A stretch of DNA of 62,711 bases from an uncultured Chloroflexota bacterium (GCA_913051185.1 CAJXBM010000004.1:1-62711), one strand, 5' to 3'. Shown: positions 29,570 to 39,470, counted from the first letter of the stretch. Translations and numbers: made by a program. The notes: generated by a model from the letters alone, not told the origin.

Positions 29570-30331
29570 TTATCGAAGGAAGGCTGGATCTGGGATCCAA
29601 AGTCGGCGATCATCATCGTGCTGGTGGAAGCGAACAAGCGGTTCCTCTAACTCAAGATGTGGCTTAAGAGTAGGCATCCCTTCCCCTAGATCAATAATAT
29701 CGTCGCGATCAATTTGCTCGTCGTCAGCATTAAGTAACTGTTGTAATTGACTTGATTCTCTGATCTCACCCGCGGATACTTTTCCGTTTAACTCCGTTAA
29801 GCCAGGGATCTCAATAAATCGTGCATGTACATCTCCACCGGCTCTAAGTCCTGCAGCAGCCAAAGATCCGACAGAACCGTTGCGCTTTGCACCCAAAGCT
29901 CTCAAGGTTACATTAGATTCAGTCGAAAAAGTTTGGGCCCAATCAAGTCGCATAAGCTCAGTCTGAGTGCGCCGACCGAATGCCAAGACGTGTGGCATAT
30001 CCGAATGTCGAGAAAGAATCGCAAGACCCGGATCAGATCCTTTACATGAATTTTTACGAATCATATCAACCAAAAAATCTTCAAGGTCCAAAATCGAGCG
30101 CGCCGTATGCAGCTTTATGGCATATGAAATATTGGCACCATCATTAGAAATCTTAGGCGAAGAAAATAGTGGATGTTGGGTAATTCCTTCGACAAGTCCC
30201 CAAGCAGTATTAGTCAATTCGAGAGTAAGTTGACGCATGAAATCTGCTGTATTCAAGTCCACTTCGTCTAAGTTATCGGATGTATCGTCTACTCCAATTA
30301 CAAACCACTCACTGATATCGTTCGACGTCAA
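29570..30331 (-). CDS. Hypothetical protein resembling the N-terminal domain of TiaS/COG1571-like proteins
   Basis: FVIGVDDTSD, TQHPL, SDPGLAIL, GSVGSLAAAGL; AGGAG before TTG. Confidence 0.5.
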   Translation of the reverse strand: MTSNDISEWFVIGVDDTSDNLDEVDLNTADFMRQLTLELTNTAWGLVEGITQHPLFSSPKISNDGANISYAIKLHTARSILDLEDFLVDMIRKNSCKGSDPGLAILSRHSDMPHVLAFGRRTQTELMRLDWAQTFSTESNVTLRALGAKRNGSVGSLAAAGLRAGGDVHARFIEIPGLTELNGKVSAGEIRESSQLQQLLNADDEQIDRDDIIDLGEGMPTLKPHLELEEPLVRFHQHDDDRRLWIPDPAFLR

Positions 30332-30395
30332 CGCTCACTCCTAATTAAATAACATCAAATGAAAGTACATAGTAGTACCTCCCGAACCTATACAA

Positions 30396-31223
30396 CTAGG
30401 TTTCAAGGATATTTTGCCAAGAACTCAGATCAAAACCCCCATCGAAATGTAAAACTTGGCCACCAAACATAGGAGCTTCATGACTTGAAAGCCAAGCAAC
30501 AACAGCTGCTATATCTTCCGGAGCGACATTTCTGCCAGACGGCACATGAGGTCTGACTCGTTCACTCACCTCATCACGATAAGAGTGCTCACCATCAGAC
30601 CCCTCAACCCAGCCAGACGAGACCCCGCATACGCGAACACCCGATGATGCTAATTCAACGCCTAGGTACTTAGTCAGTGACTCAAGTGCAGCCTTGCTGG
30701 TGGCAACCGCACTATATCCTGGCATATATTTCCATGCTCCTGGCGACAATAAGTTAATAATTACTCCAGATCCATTCTCTGCCATCGCTGCTCCTACAGT
30801 TTGACTAGCAAACCAAGGTCCGAACAAATTTACATCCATTGTTTTATGAAGATGTTGGCTCTTCTGAGTAAGCGCAGGTCGAGGTCTCTCTAAACCACGG
30901 GCTGCATTATTTACAAGAATATCAATCGATGACTGACTCTTAGCAAAATCAATCACACGCATCAAACTTTGTTCATCGCCTATGTCGCCCTGAATAAGTT
31001 GAACATCCACTCCCAGAGACTCACAAGCTCGAGCACAATCTTCTGCAGCAGCTGCCGATCTCGAATAATTAATTACTAAGTTGACACCCTCAAGTGCCAA
31101 ACGTTCAGAAATTGCGCGACCAATTCCCCTCGAGCCCCCTAAAATTAGAGCCTTCTTTTCGCGGAGTTCCTGATAACGTCCTACACCCGGCACTCTTGGT
31201 GCTTGCTTGTTTATATCCGACAT
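30396..31223 (-). CDS. SDR, FabL-like enoyl-(ACP/CoA) reductase type
   Basis: LGGSRGIG, NNAARG, YMPGYSAVATSKAALE (Yx6K spacing); start moved to ATG 31223. Confidence 0.75.
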   Translation of the reverse strand: MSDINKQAPRVPGVGRYQELREKKALILGGSRGIGRAISERLALEGVNLVINYSRSAAAAEDCARACESLGVDVQLIQGDIGDEQSLMRVIDFAKSQSSIDILVNNAARGLERPRPALTQKSQHLHKTMDVNLFGPWFASQTVGAAMAENGSGVIINLLSPGAWKYMPGYSAVATSKAALESLTKYLGVELASSGVRVCGVSSGWVEGSDGEHSYRDEVSERVRPHVPSGRNVAPEDIAAVVAWLSSHEAPMFGGQVLHFDGGFDLSSWQNILET

Positions 31224-31239
31224 GCTCTTAAGTGTAGTT

Positions 31240-31875
31240 TCATTTTGTTTGAGTTTCACGATAACTAGCGTGAACCGCGTGCTGCTTTCCTTGCTTTAAT
31301 TTATCTACGTTTCCAAATATCCCCTCTAACGAACGTTTAATAAACCCTCTCATACCGGCCAGACTGACAACGTACAACGTGCCGCCCGGTTTCAAATGAA
31401 GAAAAGAGTCAGCGAACAACACGGTGGTTAACTCATTACCAATTTTTGCTGGCAAATTCATCGCAACAACATCGAACAATTGATCATCAGGAACTTTACT
31501 GAATCCATTTGATAGCAACACATCTGCATTAGTTATACCGTTTAGCTCAAGATTGTGTTGTGAGTATTCGATAGCCACATAATCTTTATCAACCAATAAA
31601 GTCCGACCCTCCGGCGCCATACGCGAGAGTGCAATACCGATCGGCCCATAGCCACAACCTAGGTCCAAACAATCATAGTCAGAATTAATATCCAAAGTCT
31701 CAATAAGTAGTTCCGTACCAGCATCGATCGCTTTTGGTGAAAACAGTCCATACGTAGTCCGAAAGCTAATCTGATTTTCTTGGAGAGTAGCTTCGAAGAA
31801 AATATCCTCTTTATATTGTGCAACCTGACCGCTCCAGGTGTTGTCATTTTCCGTCATCGACTTAGAATCTGTCAT
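31240..31875 (-). CDS. Class I SAM methyltransferase (RsmC/MTS small-domain family)
   Basis: FRTTYGLFSPKAIDAGTELL, LDLGCGYGPIG, SNGFS, MNLP. Confidence 0.88.
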   Translation of the reverse strand: MTDSKSMTENDNTWSGQVAQYKEDIFFEATLQENQISFRTTYGLFSPKAIDAGTELLIETLDINSDYDCLDLGCGYGPIGIALSRMAPEGRTLLVDKDYVAIEYSQHNLELNGITNADVLLSNGFSKVPDDQLFDVVAMNLPAKIGNELTTVLFADSFLHLKPGGTLYVVSLAGMRGFIKRSLEGIFGNVDKLKQGKQHAVHASYRETQTK

Positions 31876-31890
31876 AACAATCTAGTCACT

Positions 31891-32379
31891 TTATTCATTT
31901 CCAAACATTTCCACTAATTCCCATATTCGTCTAGTGCTCATCGTCTCATTAGCAAGAACCTCGCCCAGAATTATTTCACACTGGGATAAACTCTCCTTAA
32001 ATAGTAACGGGCTATCTTGCAACTGATTTATACTCATCCGCGATAATGAAGAGCGAAGCGCAGCTCTGCTCTGGCTCAGCCAAATAAGTATCACTTCTAG
32101 ACTATTCACATGTTGGGGTCTTTGAGAAATTTCGCCTGAACGCGCCTCTCGTCCAGCGACAATATCATTTACTCGAAGTCTGCATACATCATCCAACGCA
32201 CCCACATACCAAGCTATGTCACAGATACTCCAATATTCGAAGTCGGTTTTTAGACCTTTTCCTGGCAGAGAAGTATTAAAATACTGATCAGAAACACTTT
32301 CAAAAGCAGCCAACAGTTGGGCTCGAGATTGAGAAAGTGGCTCTAAAAGGTTATCTAAGCTAGAAGTATGCGCGGACAT
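31891..32379 (-). CDS. Hypothetical protein, divergent DinB-like four-helix fold
   Basis: SRAQLLAAF, WSICDIAWYV resembling the DinB WSxxxxxxH segment with His replaced. Confidence 0.45.
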   Translation of the reverse strand: MSAHTSSLDNLLEPLSQSRAQLLAAFESVSDQYFNTSLPGKGLKTDFEYWSICDIAWYVGALDDVCRLRVNDIVAGREARSGEISQRPQHVNSLEVILIWLSQSRAALRSSLSRMSINQLQDSPLLFKESLSQCEIILGEVLANETMSTRRIWELVEMFGNE

Positions 32380-32451
32380 GTCCTCATAATTTAGTACCCG
32401 TATTCACGTCAGGCAATCTCATCTCCAAAGCAGAAATAGAAAGTCCCCCGT

Positions 32452-33228
32452 ATGCCGAACTACAAACTCCCACTCCAAGGCGAAATAGCGTTAGTTACCG
32501 GATCAGCTGGTAGGGGCATAGGGCGTGCAACTGCTCTCGCCCTTGCCTACCAAGGAGCGAACATAATTGTGAATACCCGACAATCGACTGATGCTGCAGA
32601 AAAAGTAGTCGCGGATATTATCAAAATGGGCCGAAAGGCAATATTCTGCAAAGCTGACATCACAAGTGAAAGTGACGTAAAAAGCATGATGCAGGAAGCT
32701 CGAAGCAAACTAGGTGCACCGACCATTGCCGTAATTGGACCAGGTGGTAAATGGATGCCTACAGCACTAACTGATGTGCAGATTAACAATTGGCAAAAAA
32801 ATCTAAATGACGAAATCACGCCAATCCTTCTTTTAACAAAAGAGTTGCTCCCAGAAATGCGACTAGAGCAGCATGGACATATTGTCATAATCGGAGGATA
32901 TGACGCCGATAATTGGCAAGTCCCGCCCGAAGAGGGACCATATGATTATGCTCTCGGAAAATCTGGAAGGCACTGGCTCGTTAAAACCTTAGGGAGAAAA
33001 GAAGCTTCAAATGGAATATCAATTAATGCTATCGCACCTGGACCGGTACATAGAATTTCCAATGATTTAATAGTGGATGTCCTAGCTGAAAATATTGCTC
33101 CCCCCTCGAAAAGTATGCATCCCAACCAAATTGACGTTGCGAAAACGATCGCTTGGATATGCTCACAACAGCATATTAACGCCAGCATTATCAACATGCC
33201 CGGACCAAATCCAGGATCTGTAAGTTAA
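32452..33228 (+). CDS. SDR family oxidoreductase
   Basis: TGSAGRGIG, YALGK, INAIAPG. Confidence 0.88.
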   Translation: MPNYKLPLQGEIALVTGSAGRGIGRATALALAYQGANIIVNTRQSTDAAEKVVADIIKMGRKAIFCKADITSESDVKSMMQEARSKLGAPTIAVIGPGGKWMPTALTDVQINNWQKNLNDEITPILLLTKELLPEMRLEQHGHIVIIGGYDADNWQVPPEEGPYDYALGKSGRHWLVKTLGRKEASNGISINAIAPGPVHRISNDLIVDVLAENIAPPSKSMHPNQIDVAKTIAWICSQQHINASIINMPGPNPGSVS

Positions 33229-33361
33229 CTTTCGCCTCGACGAGTAGACGAATCCCGCCTATGATCTAAATAATGTTTTCCCGTCGTCCACACTTGTGTG
33301 CGAATCAAAATACCAGCTCAAGGATATAAATGAGTGAAATAAAAACCGGGAGTGTAAACCG

Positions 33362-35503
33362 GTGAGTCGTGGCGTTAATTGGATTAAGTCTCTAATAAAA
33401 AAAGAGACCGGCGAAACCTCCTCGTCCAATTCTGGTGATCGATCTGCGCCAAGATCTAGAAAACGACGAACTAACTCACATACCGACACACAAAAATCCG
33501 GTGCTAATCGTAGAGATGAGCAGACGCAAGCTCGGGGAAACTCAAAGCAAACACAGAAAATTCAACAAAAAGAAAAGATACAAAATTCGAATATGAAACA
33601 ATCTAATGCCACAACCGTGGCAAACAAGCGTGGAAGCAATTCCCGCACAAGTAACAATACTCAAAAGTCAGACCGCGCGTCTGATAAACAAGGTCGTCCT
33701 AATGGGGGATCGAATCGTCGTAGAGTAGTCGAAACAGATCACTACACTAGAAGAAGGCGAGAACGAACTTTCGAAGCACCACTGCCTGAAGATTTAGCAT
33801 TTAGGCCAAAAGATGCAGGAGGGGATTCTACGCTGCTACCAGAAATACGACATCGACCTCGCAGACACAAATCAACTGACCGACTTATCGAAAGTGGTCC
33901 GAGAACTCTTGGTGGATGGATTAATCCTTCTGATGAAACATCGAAATCATCGCAGCAAAAGAAATATACGGACTTCAATCGTTCAAAAACACACGCAAAC
34001 CGGCCAACGTCTGATCGGCCGAACATGGCAAGTAGAGATCCTAAGCTAGCCGAAAAGATTAACGAAACCATACCGACACAAGACGCCAGCGACTCACAAA
34101 CCGATAAACCCAAGGCTAATCGCAAACAATCTGACCAGACTGATATATCCACTAAAGCTTCTGAGCCAATCAAAGAGATTAAAGAGTATTCACGTCCACA
34201 AGACACTCATAGTTCAGAAAATGATGAACCCGCCGCTAATCGCGAACAATCTGAGCAGGTGGAGATATCTGATAAAGCTGCTGAGTCAGTGAAAGAGATT
34301 GACGAATCTTCACCCACACAACGCCCTACTAATTCACAAGCAAATCAAGAGAGTGTGCTTAAGAACGTCGGTACTCTCCCGGAAGAATTCCGGAAATTAG
34401 GTCTTCAAGACTTATCGCTTGAAGTATTCAGAGATATGGAGTTTGTCACACCAACTCCCATTCAAGCTGCCACCATTCCCACTTTACTAGCGGGAAAGGA
34501 CGTGGTTGGATTAGCAGAAACAGGCAGTGGTAAAACTATCGCCTTTGCCTCACCAATGATTGAGACACTTGATCAGAGAAAAAATCAAGTTCAGGGGCTT
34601 GTATTAGTTCCAACTCGAGAGCTCGCGCAACAGGTACTTGACGTTATATCTACACTTGCCAAGCCATGGAATCTGAAAACAGTGGGTTTGTTAGGTGGGC
34701 ATGCACTTAAAAAAGACTTCCAGGCGTTAGAAGGTAATCCTCACATAGTCGTAGGAACACCTGGACGCGTGCTCGATCACTTGCAGCGGCGAACATTAAG
34801 CCTGCGGAAAGTCTCGTTCGCGGTATTAGATGAGGCAGATGAAATGCTAGATATAGGCTTTCTTCCTGCTATTAGAAAAATTCTGTCGCAGACGCCACGG
34901 GCCCGTCAAACTGCCCTCTTCTCCGCAACTATGCCCACAACTATCAAGCGACTAATTTGGCAATTCATGGAAGATCCAGAAACACTAGCCATAGATAAAG
35001 AGCTCTCGGCGGCCGTAAGTATTCAACAGACATATGTCGAAGTTGCCGAACGTGACAAAATAATTGCGTTAAAAGAGTTGATTGAACGCGAGCTCAGGGG
35101 TAAAAGCTTAGTATTCTGTCGAACGAGAAGAATGGTCGAACGACTAGCCAAAGCATTATCCGGCGAAGGTATTAAAGTAGGCGCACTGCACGGAGATATG
35201 GACCAAAGAACCCGAGACCGGGTGGTAAAACAATTTCGTGAGGGTGTATTAGACCTGCTAGTTGCCACAAATGTGGCGGCACGGGGAATTGATATTCCGG
35301 AAATCACCCATGTTGTTCATTTCGACTTTCCGCAAAACACGGAAGAATATATTCACCGAACAGGTAGAACTGGGCGAGCAGGAAAATCAGGTAAGTCCAT
35401 TATTTTTGTGGCGGAGTGGGATTTAGAAGACTTTTCTTCATTTCAAGAACAACTTGGAAACGAGCTTACGAAAGAAAATCTCACTCTTTATAACTCTAGA
35501 TAA
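33362..35503 (+). CDS. DEAD-box RNA helicase with about 335-aa low-complexity N-terminal extension
   Basis: FRKLGL..PTPIQ, AETGSGKT, PTRELA, LDEADEM, FSAT, LHGDMDQ, ARGIDI, HRTGRTGRAG. Confidence 0.93.
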   Translation: MSRGVNWIKSLIKKETGETSSSNSGDRSAPRSRKRRTNSHTDTQKSGANRRDEQTQARGNSKQTQKIQQKEKIQNSNMKQSNATTVANKRGSNSRTSNNTQKSDRASDKQGRPNGGSNRRRVVETDHYTRRRRERTFEAPLPEDLAFRPKDAGGDSTLLPEIRHRPRRHKSTDRLIESGPRTLGGWINPSDETSKSSQQKKYTDFNRSKTHANRPTSDRPNMASRDPKLAEKINETIPTQDASDSQTDKPKANRKQSDQTDISTKASEPIKEIKEYSRPQDTHSSENDEPAANREQSEQVEISDKAAESVKEIDESSPTQRPTNSQANQESVLKNVGTLPEEFRKLGLQDLSLEVFRDMEFVTPTPIQAATIPTLLAGKDVVGLAETGSGKTIAFASPMIETLDQRKNQVQGLVLVPTRELAQQVLDVISTLAKPWNLKTVGLLGGHALKKDFQALEGNPHIVVGTPGRVLDHLQRRTLSLRKVSFAVLDEADEMLDIGFLPAIRKILSQTPRARQTALFSATMPTTIKRLIWQFMEDPETLAIDKELSAAVSIQQTYVEVAERDKIIALKELIERELRGKSLVFCRTRRMVERLAKALSGEGIKVGALHGDMDQRTRDRVVKQFREGVLDLLVATNVAARGIDIPEITHVVHFDFPQNTEEYIHRTGRTGRAGKSGKSIIFVAEWDLEDFSSFQEQLGNELTKENLTLYNSR
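34079..34318 (+). repeat. Degenerate 120-bp (40-aa) tandem duplication in the helicase N-terminal extension
   Basis: QDASDSQTDKPKANRKQSDQTDISTKASEPIKEIKEYSRP vs QDTHSSENDEPAANREQSEQVEISDKAAESVKEIDESSPT; GCTAATCGC at 34115 and 34235. Confidence 0.75.
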
Positions 35504-35585
35504 TCGTTGATTTGTTCATCGTCCAGATGCGCATATACTGAAAGACAATATCGATGTTAACTATAACAAATGAGGGGTATATAAC

Positions 35586-36584
35586 ATGACACGAAGGCTA
35601 AGTATTGGCTTGAATTGGCAAGGCGAATTCGATCTTGATAAAGTAATAGAAGACGCAAAAATAGCTGATGATGCGGGAATTGAGCAGCTAAATATTGCAG
35701 AAGCTTGGGGGCGCGACGCGCTTACGCTCCTCGCAGTAATTGCCCGAGAAACTACTAATATCAAACTTGGTACCGGAATTATTAATAACTTCTCAAGATC
35801 GCCCGGCGCAATAGCACAGCATTTTGCCACACTCGATGAACTCTCTAACGGACGGATGGTGATCGGACTTGGTTCTTCAGGACCGCAAGTAATCGAGCAT
35901 TTTCATGGTATTAAATTTGAAAAACCACTCACGCGAATTAAAGAATATACCGAAATTATTAACATAATCATGTCGGGTGAACCTCTTAACTATGATGGAA
36001 ATATTTACAAGCTCGAGCGTGGATTTACACTTCGTTTCAATCCAGTGCGTAGCCACATTCCAATTCATATAGCATCAGTCACTCCGAAATCAGTTCAGCA
36101 AACAGCTGAGATAGCTGACGGCTGGATTCCTATTTTCTTTCCAAAGGAACAGTGGGAGCCACAATTAGCAGAATTTTACAAATATGTCGATAATGCTGGT
36201 CGAGCGCGAACTGATATTGACGTGAGAAACCCAGGCGGTATAACTGTCACCGATAATCCTGAGCGTGTAAGAATGGGCACAGCGGCTAACGCTGCCTTCT
36301 ACATCGCACGAATGGGAGACTTTTACTATGAGCACTTCAGTCGAATGGGCTACGCCGACGAGGCGAACGCCGTTAGGCGTGCATGGGAAGATGGCGGCTC
36401 CTCGGCCGGAGCTGCAGCCATGCCCGAAGAAATAGTCAACAGCCTAGGAGTTGCCGGTTCTACTGGTGAATGTATCGATTACATAGAAGAAGCTACCGAG
36501 GCCGGATTCGACCTGCACGGAGTTAGTGTAAACGAGGCTGATCCGCATAAACGATTCGAGGCTTTCAAAGAACTCGTTGGATAA
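35586..36584 (+). CDS. LLM-class (probably F420-dependent) oxidoreductase
   Basis: AEAWGRDA, IKLGTGI, FSRSPG, TLDELSNGRMVIGLGSSGPQVIE..HG, AEIADGW. Confidence 0.88.
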   Translation: MTRRLSIGLNWQGEFDLDKVIEDAKIADDAGIEQLNIAEAWGRDALTLLAVIARETTNIKLGTGIINNFSRSPGAIAQHFATLDELSNGRMVIGLGSSGPQVIEHFHGIKFEKPLTRIKEYTEIINIIMSGEPLNYDGNIYKLERGFTLRFNPVRSHIPIHIASVTPKSVQQTAEIADGWIPIFFPKEQWEPQLAEFYKYVDNAGRARTDIDVRNPGGITVTDNPERVRMGTAANAAFYIARMGDFYYEHFSRMGYADEANAVRRAWEDGGSSAGAAAMPEEIVNSLGVAGSTGECIDYIEEATEAGFDLHGVSVNEADPHKRFEAFKELVG

Positions 36585-36604
36585 CCAGGAAGGGTTTTAC
36601 ACTC

Positions 36605-37402
36605 GTGGATCTTCTGCTTAAAGGGAAAGTGGCGCTAGTTACTGGCGGCAGTCGCGGAATAGGCAAAGCTATTGCTGAAAGACTCCTTGATGAGGGAGTA
36701 CAGGTCGCAATCGCAGCTCGCAACCAAAATCGATTAGATGCTACTGTCACCGAACTAGAGGAAAAATATACCGGTCAAATAACTGGATATATTTGCGACA
36801 CGAGAGACTTGTCTTCTATCAGGCAAATGGTCGCCGAAATAACTGCCCAGTGGGGTGATATCAACATATTAGTCAACAATGCGGCCGAGCCAGGAGGGCC
36901 ACGACCAGTTTTAAGTGAAATTGACTGGGAAGAGCATTTGCTTCCACAAGTTGACACAAAAGTCATGGGATACTTACGGTGTGCGCAAATTGTGGTGCCT
37001 CTCATGAAAAAATCAACTTGGGGCAGAATCATAAATATTTCTGGAATGCAGGCACGGAACAGCGGAAGTGCGGTGGGCAGCATCCGAAATGTAGCTGTCG
37101 CAGCGCTAACAAAAAATTTAGCTGATGAGCTTGGACCTTCTGGAATCACAGTTAGCTGTATCCACCCAGGTTTAACACGGACCGAAGCAACTGAATCACG
37201 CATACGTGAGCAGATGGATCAAAAAAAGAAGACCCGTGACGAAATTGAAAACGAATTATCTAATCAAAATAGTATTCGAAAGTTAGTTGATTCCTCTGAT
37301 GTCGCCGCGCTTGTTACATTCCTCGCCTCACCACTTTCAGTTGCAGTGACAGGTGAAGTAATTGCTGCCGGAGGAGGGGTTGGGACCGGAATCTATTATT
37401 AG
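36605..37402 (+). CDS. Atypical SDR family protein (no YxxxK)
   Basis: TGGSRGIG, NNAA, IHPG; catalytic segment reads GSIRNVAV. Confidence 0.85.
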   Translation: MDLLLKGKVALVTGGSRGIGKAIAERLLDEGVQVAIAARNQNRLDATVTELEEKYTGQITGYICDTRDLSSIRQMVAEITAQWGDINILVNNAAEPGGPRPVLSEIDWEEHLLPQVDTKVMGYLRCAQIVVPLMKKSTWGRIINISGMQARNSGSAVGSIRNVAVAALTKNLADELGPSGITVSCIHPGLTRTEATESRIREQMDQKKKTRDEIENELSNQNSIRKLVDSSDVAALVTFLASPLSVAVTGEVIAAGGGVGTGIYY

Positions 37403-37452
37403 CCAGTTACGTTCATTCAGCTAGCCAATAAGAATCCAGTTCTTTTATTAAA

Positions 37453-38628
37453 ATGTGGCCTAAAACAGATAACCAAGCCAAACTCCTTGATCTTGCCGAA
37501 ATAATCTCGGCCGAAATAAGTAAAACAGCTGCTGAGCATGACCGGGCTAATAGTTTCCCTCATTCCCATTTTGAACTGATGAAGACCACCGGCTATCTCA
37601 AGTCCGCAGTCCCGAAAACATATGGTGGACCGGGTTACGGAATTACAGATCTCACCCTAGCTCAATACGCAATTGCCTCTGGAGATGGCTCAACGGCACT
37701 CGGTGTCGGCATGCATCACATGGCAGTCGGAACTGAAGCAATTGCACAAAAATGGCCCGAACATCTTCGGAAAAAAATATTTGAATCAGTACTTGCCAAC
37801 GGATCACTAGTAAATAACATAGCATCGGAACCTGAATTGGGATCGCCCCGAGGGGGAGGTCGTCCAGCAACCACATTGATTCCGGATGGAGATGGGAAAT
37901 GGCTGCTCAATGGTCGCAAGACTTGGTCAACATTAGCTCCACAACTGACGTATGCGATTACTTTTGCTGCAGTTGAAGACGGGAGCAACGATACCGCAAG
38001 AATCGCCCAGAGAATGGACATGGACGGGATATCTATTACAGAAACTTGGGACTCTATGTCTATGCGAGCAACGGGATCACATGACATAGTCTTCGAAAAT
38101 GTAAAGGTTAATGCAGATGATTTCATTCAACGGGCAAATCCTAAATCACCGTCTAATGATGGAATCGACGGTGCTGCATGGTTTCCTCTACTACTCAGTG
38201 CTGCGAATTTAGGAGTTGCGTCCGCTGCATGTGACTATGCAATTGACTTTGCTAGAAATAGACAGCCTACTGGAGCACCAGCACCAATTTCCAAGATCCC
38301 ACACGTCCGTGAACAAGTAGCACGAATGGAATCACTCCGCAGATTATCAAAAAATACACTGCTGACAACAGCCGAAGATTGGGAATTCAATCCAGAAGAC
38401 CGGCCGGATCTGTTACCACAAATTGCCATGACCAAACTAAGCTCTATCGATTCCGCAATTCAAATCACAGACCTAGCTATTCGTATTGTTGGAGGTGCGG
38501 CGCTTGAAAAATCTCGTCCACTGGAACGATACTTTCGAGACGTCCGAAGCGGACTATTTAATCCTCCAATCGAAGGACGTGCACTCGAACAAATTGCAGC
38601 TTCCGTCCTTGATAAAGAAAATAATTAA
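37453..38628 (+). CDS. Acyl-CoA dehydrogenase-fold flavoprotein (YdbM/DszC/SfnB-like)
   Basis: GMHHM, ASEP, LNGRKTWST, MRATGSHD, LERYFRDVR. Confidence 0.85.
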   Translation: MWPKTDNQAKLLDLAEIISAEISKTAAEHDRANSFPHSHFELMKTTGYLKSAVPKTYGGPGYGITDLTLAQYAIASGDGSTALGVGMHHMAVGTEAIAQKWPEHLRKKIFESVLANGSLVNNIASEPELGSPRGGGRPATTLIPDGDGKWLLNGRKTWSTLAPQLTYAITFAAVEDGSNDTARIAQRMDMDGISITETWDSMSMRATGSHDIVFENVKVNADDFIQRANPKSPSNDGIDGAAWFPLLLSAANLGVASAACDYAIDFARNRQPTGAPAPISKIPHVREQVARMESLRRLSKNTLLTTAEDWEFNPEDRPDLLPQIAMTKLSSIDSAIQITDLAIRIVGGAALEKSRPLERYFRDVRSGLFNPPIEGRALEQIAASVLDKENN

Positions 38629-38669
38629 ATTAATTGTTTATACTAATCTTCGGTCTGCACGCAAACTCG

Positions 38670-39116
38670 TTAGCCATCGTTCATGAATAGATTCAACTGT
38701 TCAACAACGAAGTCATATGTATCCTGAGCAATTACCAAAGCCCGATCTCCGTCTTCAGATGAATAAGATTCAAAGGGCACCCCTGCCGGAAGAACACTCG
38801 GATACCGTGCACCCAAGTAATGCTTATCAAGCTGCACCGCACTTGATTTAATCAAATCAAAAGATGGCTCAAATGCCATGGCATCTTCACATAAGTCAGC
38901 CAAACCATGACCCCACAACATCTCGACGCCTCGCGCGTATAAGTATGCTGAAACCGCCTTTTCAGCAGTTTGATGCGATAAAAAACATGACAACGCATAC
39001 ATCCCAGACTGCATCAGAAAACGAGCTGAATCAAGATCATGGCCCGACTGGGTAAGCCATCTTTCAGCTTCTCGTCTACGCCGCCGGTTGATGCTTTCAC
39101 TTGAATTAATCGACAT
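38670..39116 (-). CDS. HEPN domain protein (COG2250-type)
   Basis: WLTQSGHDL, CFLSHQTAEKA, GH.L, LDKHYLGARYP; start ATG 39116 (track TTG 39122). Confidence 0.85.
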   Translation of the reverse strand: MSINSSESINRRRRREAERWLTQSGHDLDSARFLMQSGMYALSCFLSHQTAEKAVSAYLYARGVEMLWGHGLADLCEDAMAFEPSFDLIKSSAVQLDKHYLGARYPSVLPAGVPFESYSSEDGDRALVIAQDTYDFVVEQLNLFMNDG

Positions 39117-39127
39117 CCACAAACATC

Positions 39128-39466
39128 CTAACCATAGATCAATTCGCCGGCCTTCAGTGTCAGTTCTATAAATCGATCTTCATACTCGCCCTGACTAAAT
39201 TCGTCAGGGTTGTACACATGAAAATGAGTTTCAACTTGCGGCCGCAAATGATCTGTGAAAAAGTCTGCCCTTTTCGGATACGGATCAGTGGTATCTCTCA
39301 CGATTAAAAATTCTAATGGCGTATCAAAATCAACATAGCCCCGTGAAAAGTCACCAGCTAACCACACTTTGATGAGGCCCAATGAAGGGAATTCTCCCCT
39401 AACACGGTCTAGCTCTTCAGAAAGCAAAGTCTTCCTATGCTGAGAAAAACCAATCATTATTGGCAT
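39128..39466 (-). CDS. Minimal nucleotidyltransferase (MNT)-fold protein with degenerate active site
   Basis: KVWLAGDFSRG..TPLEFLIV..HVYNPDEF..GELIYG aligns with the MNT pattern GSxARG..SDxD..DxxVYTPEE..GxxLY. Confidence 0.7.
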   Translation of the reverse strand: MPIMIGFSQHRKTLLSEELDRVRGEFPSLGLIKVWLAGDFSRGYVDFDTPLEFLIVRDTTDPYPKRADFFTDHLRPQVETHFHVYNPDEFSQGEYEDRFIELTLKAGELIYG

Positions 39467-39470
39467 AGAT

